From Octopus sinensis (Eukaryota): 64,000 nt of DNA. A model generated the notes under the pieces. It was given only the letters and a program-made list of their open reading frames with translations, ran no database searches and was not told the DNA's origin. The DNA lies in contig NC_043003.1 of the NCBI RefSeq assembly GCF_006345805.1, positions 7,502,001 to 7,566,000 of the forward strand. Reading direction: 5' to 3'. The position numbers and the translations under genes were made by a program. Positions 63,133 to 64,000 of this stretch are shown in pieces; positions within the stretch are counted from its first letter, which is position 1, and the number at the start of each line of letters is the position of its first letter.

Positions 63133-63293
63133 CTCCGTGTCTTTTGTTGAGGAAAATAATGTACGAGAAATTGAAGAGCTGGACAGTCTATTTAGTCTGG
63201 GTGTCTCGGATACGGAGCGATTGTGTGATAATTTACTAGAAGATTCCGATTTACAGTATGTACTGACAAGCTATCAATATGAAATGAATACAG
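63133..63293 (+). CDS. Unidentified gene, internal exon (SVSFVEENNVREIEELDSLFSLG...QYVLTSYQYEMNT-G|)
   Basis: Long polypyrimidine acceptor ...cttctctcag, donor CAG|GTACGT. Phase 2 start is compatible with 60340 (GA|C = Asp). Confidence 0.72.
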
Positions 63294-63510
63294 GTACGTG
63301 CTTTTATGTATTTTCTGTATTTTTATTGTGGATTTAGAAAATAACCAAATAATTCATTTCTGAACTCTGTTGGTGCCATGTTGGTTTTAGGAAGGACATC
63401 CAGCCTTAGAAACTGTGCCAAAATGGGCAATTAGACCCTGGTGCAGCTCTCCGGCTTGTCAGCTCCTGTCAAACTGTCTAACCCATTCCAGTGTGGAAAA
63501 TGGACATTAA

Positions 63511-63715
63511 CCCTTTCGTTACTAACCTGGCTCTGAGTACAAATGTCTTGTTTTCATGAGTTTTTAATTAAAATCTTCCACTAAACCTTAGTCACAGTTT
63601 ATGTTCCTAACACCAGCTTAATGATAACTAAGTTATTTTACTAAATTCTTTGGTACATTTAAAATAAATTGAATGAAACACGGAGCATCTCAAAATAAAT
63701 ACAGTAACGAAAGGG
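63511..63715. mobile_element. piggyBac-type MITE
   Basis: TTAA|CCCTTTCGTTAC...GTAACGAAAGGG|TTAA, perfect 12-bp TIRs. Confidence 0.88.
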
Positions 63716-64000
63716 TTAAATGATGATGATGCTGTATGTTTGTGTTTCCTTGTCTTGACACTATGTGATTGCTGTCAATGATTGTCATTCATTTCCAATG
63801 TTCTGCGAGAACATGTCTCGTCATGGGAAAACTATTACCTTGCATTTAGTTCGTTCAATTTTCTACTAGAACATATAAAGTTTTATGTATGTATAGTAAT
63901 TACCTTATTTTTCATAAAAAAAAAAAATGTGTATGCCCTCTGTATGGCTTGTGTAAAAGGCTCCGTCTTTTTGGCACTGAAACTCCAAATAAGGCCCCAT

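Overview
AT-rich, microsatellite- and repeat-dense animal genomic DNA. The SINE and RTE repertoire suggests an octopus or other coleoid cephalopod (inference). Host genes: the first four coding exons of a CNDP2-like M20 dipeptidase (minus strand, 8451 to 2936, continuing off the window); an intronless POLR3F/RPC34 CDS (27523-28473, plus strand); three phase-compatible exons of an unidentified plus-strand gene with an acidic N-terminus (40007, 60245, 63133); and a weaker two-exon candidate (30358, 32317). The rest is mobile DNA: RTE and CR1-type LINE fragments, several tRNA-derived SINE families, a Penelope GIY-YIG remnant, hAT, Tc2, piggyBac, mariner and Merlin-like MITEs, and Helitrons including a head-to-tail array of about 3.8 kb. 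The most striking signal is a set of at least five sequence families of minimal type-I hammerhead-ribozyme motifs in Penelope-associated repeats. One (22640-22717) has a fully canonical core, and one family sits behind a tRNA-like Pol III head. Several long near-perfect inverted repeats could form dsRNA. All folds, alignments and family assignments were made by eye, with no database searches.
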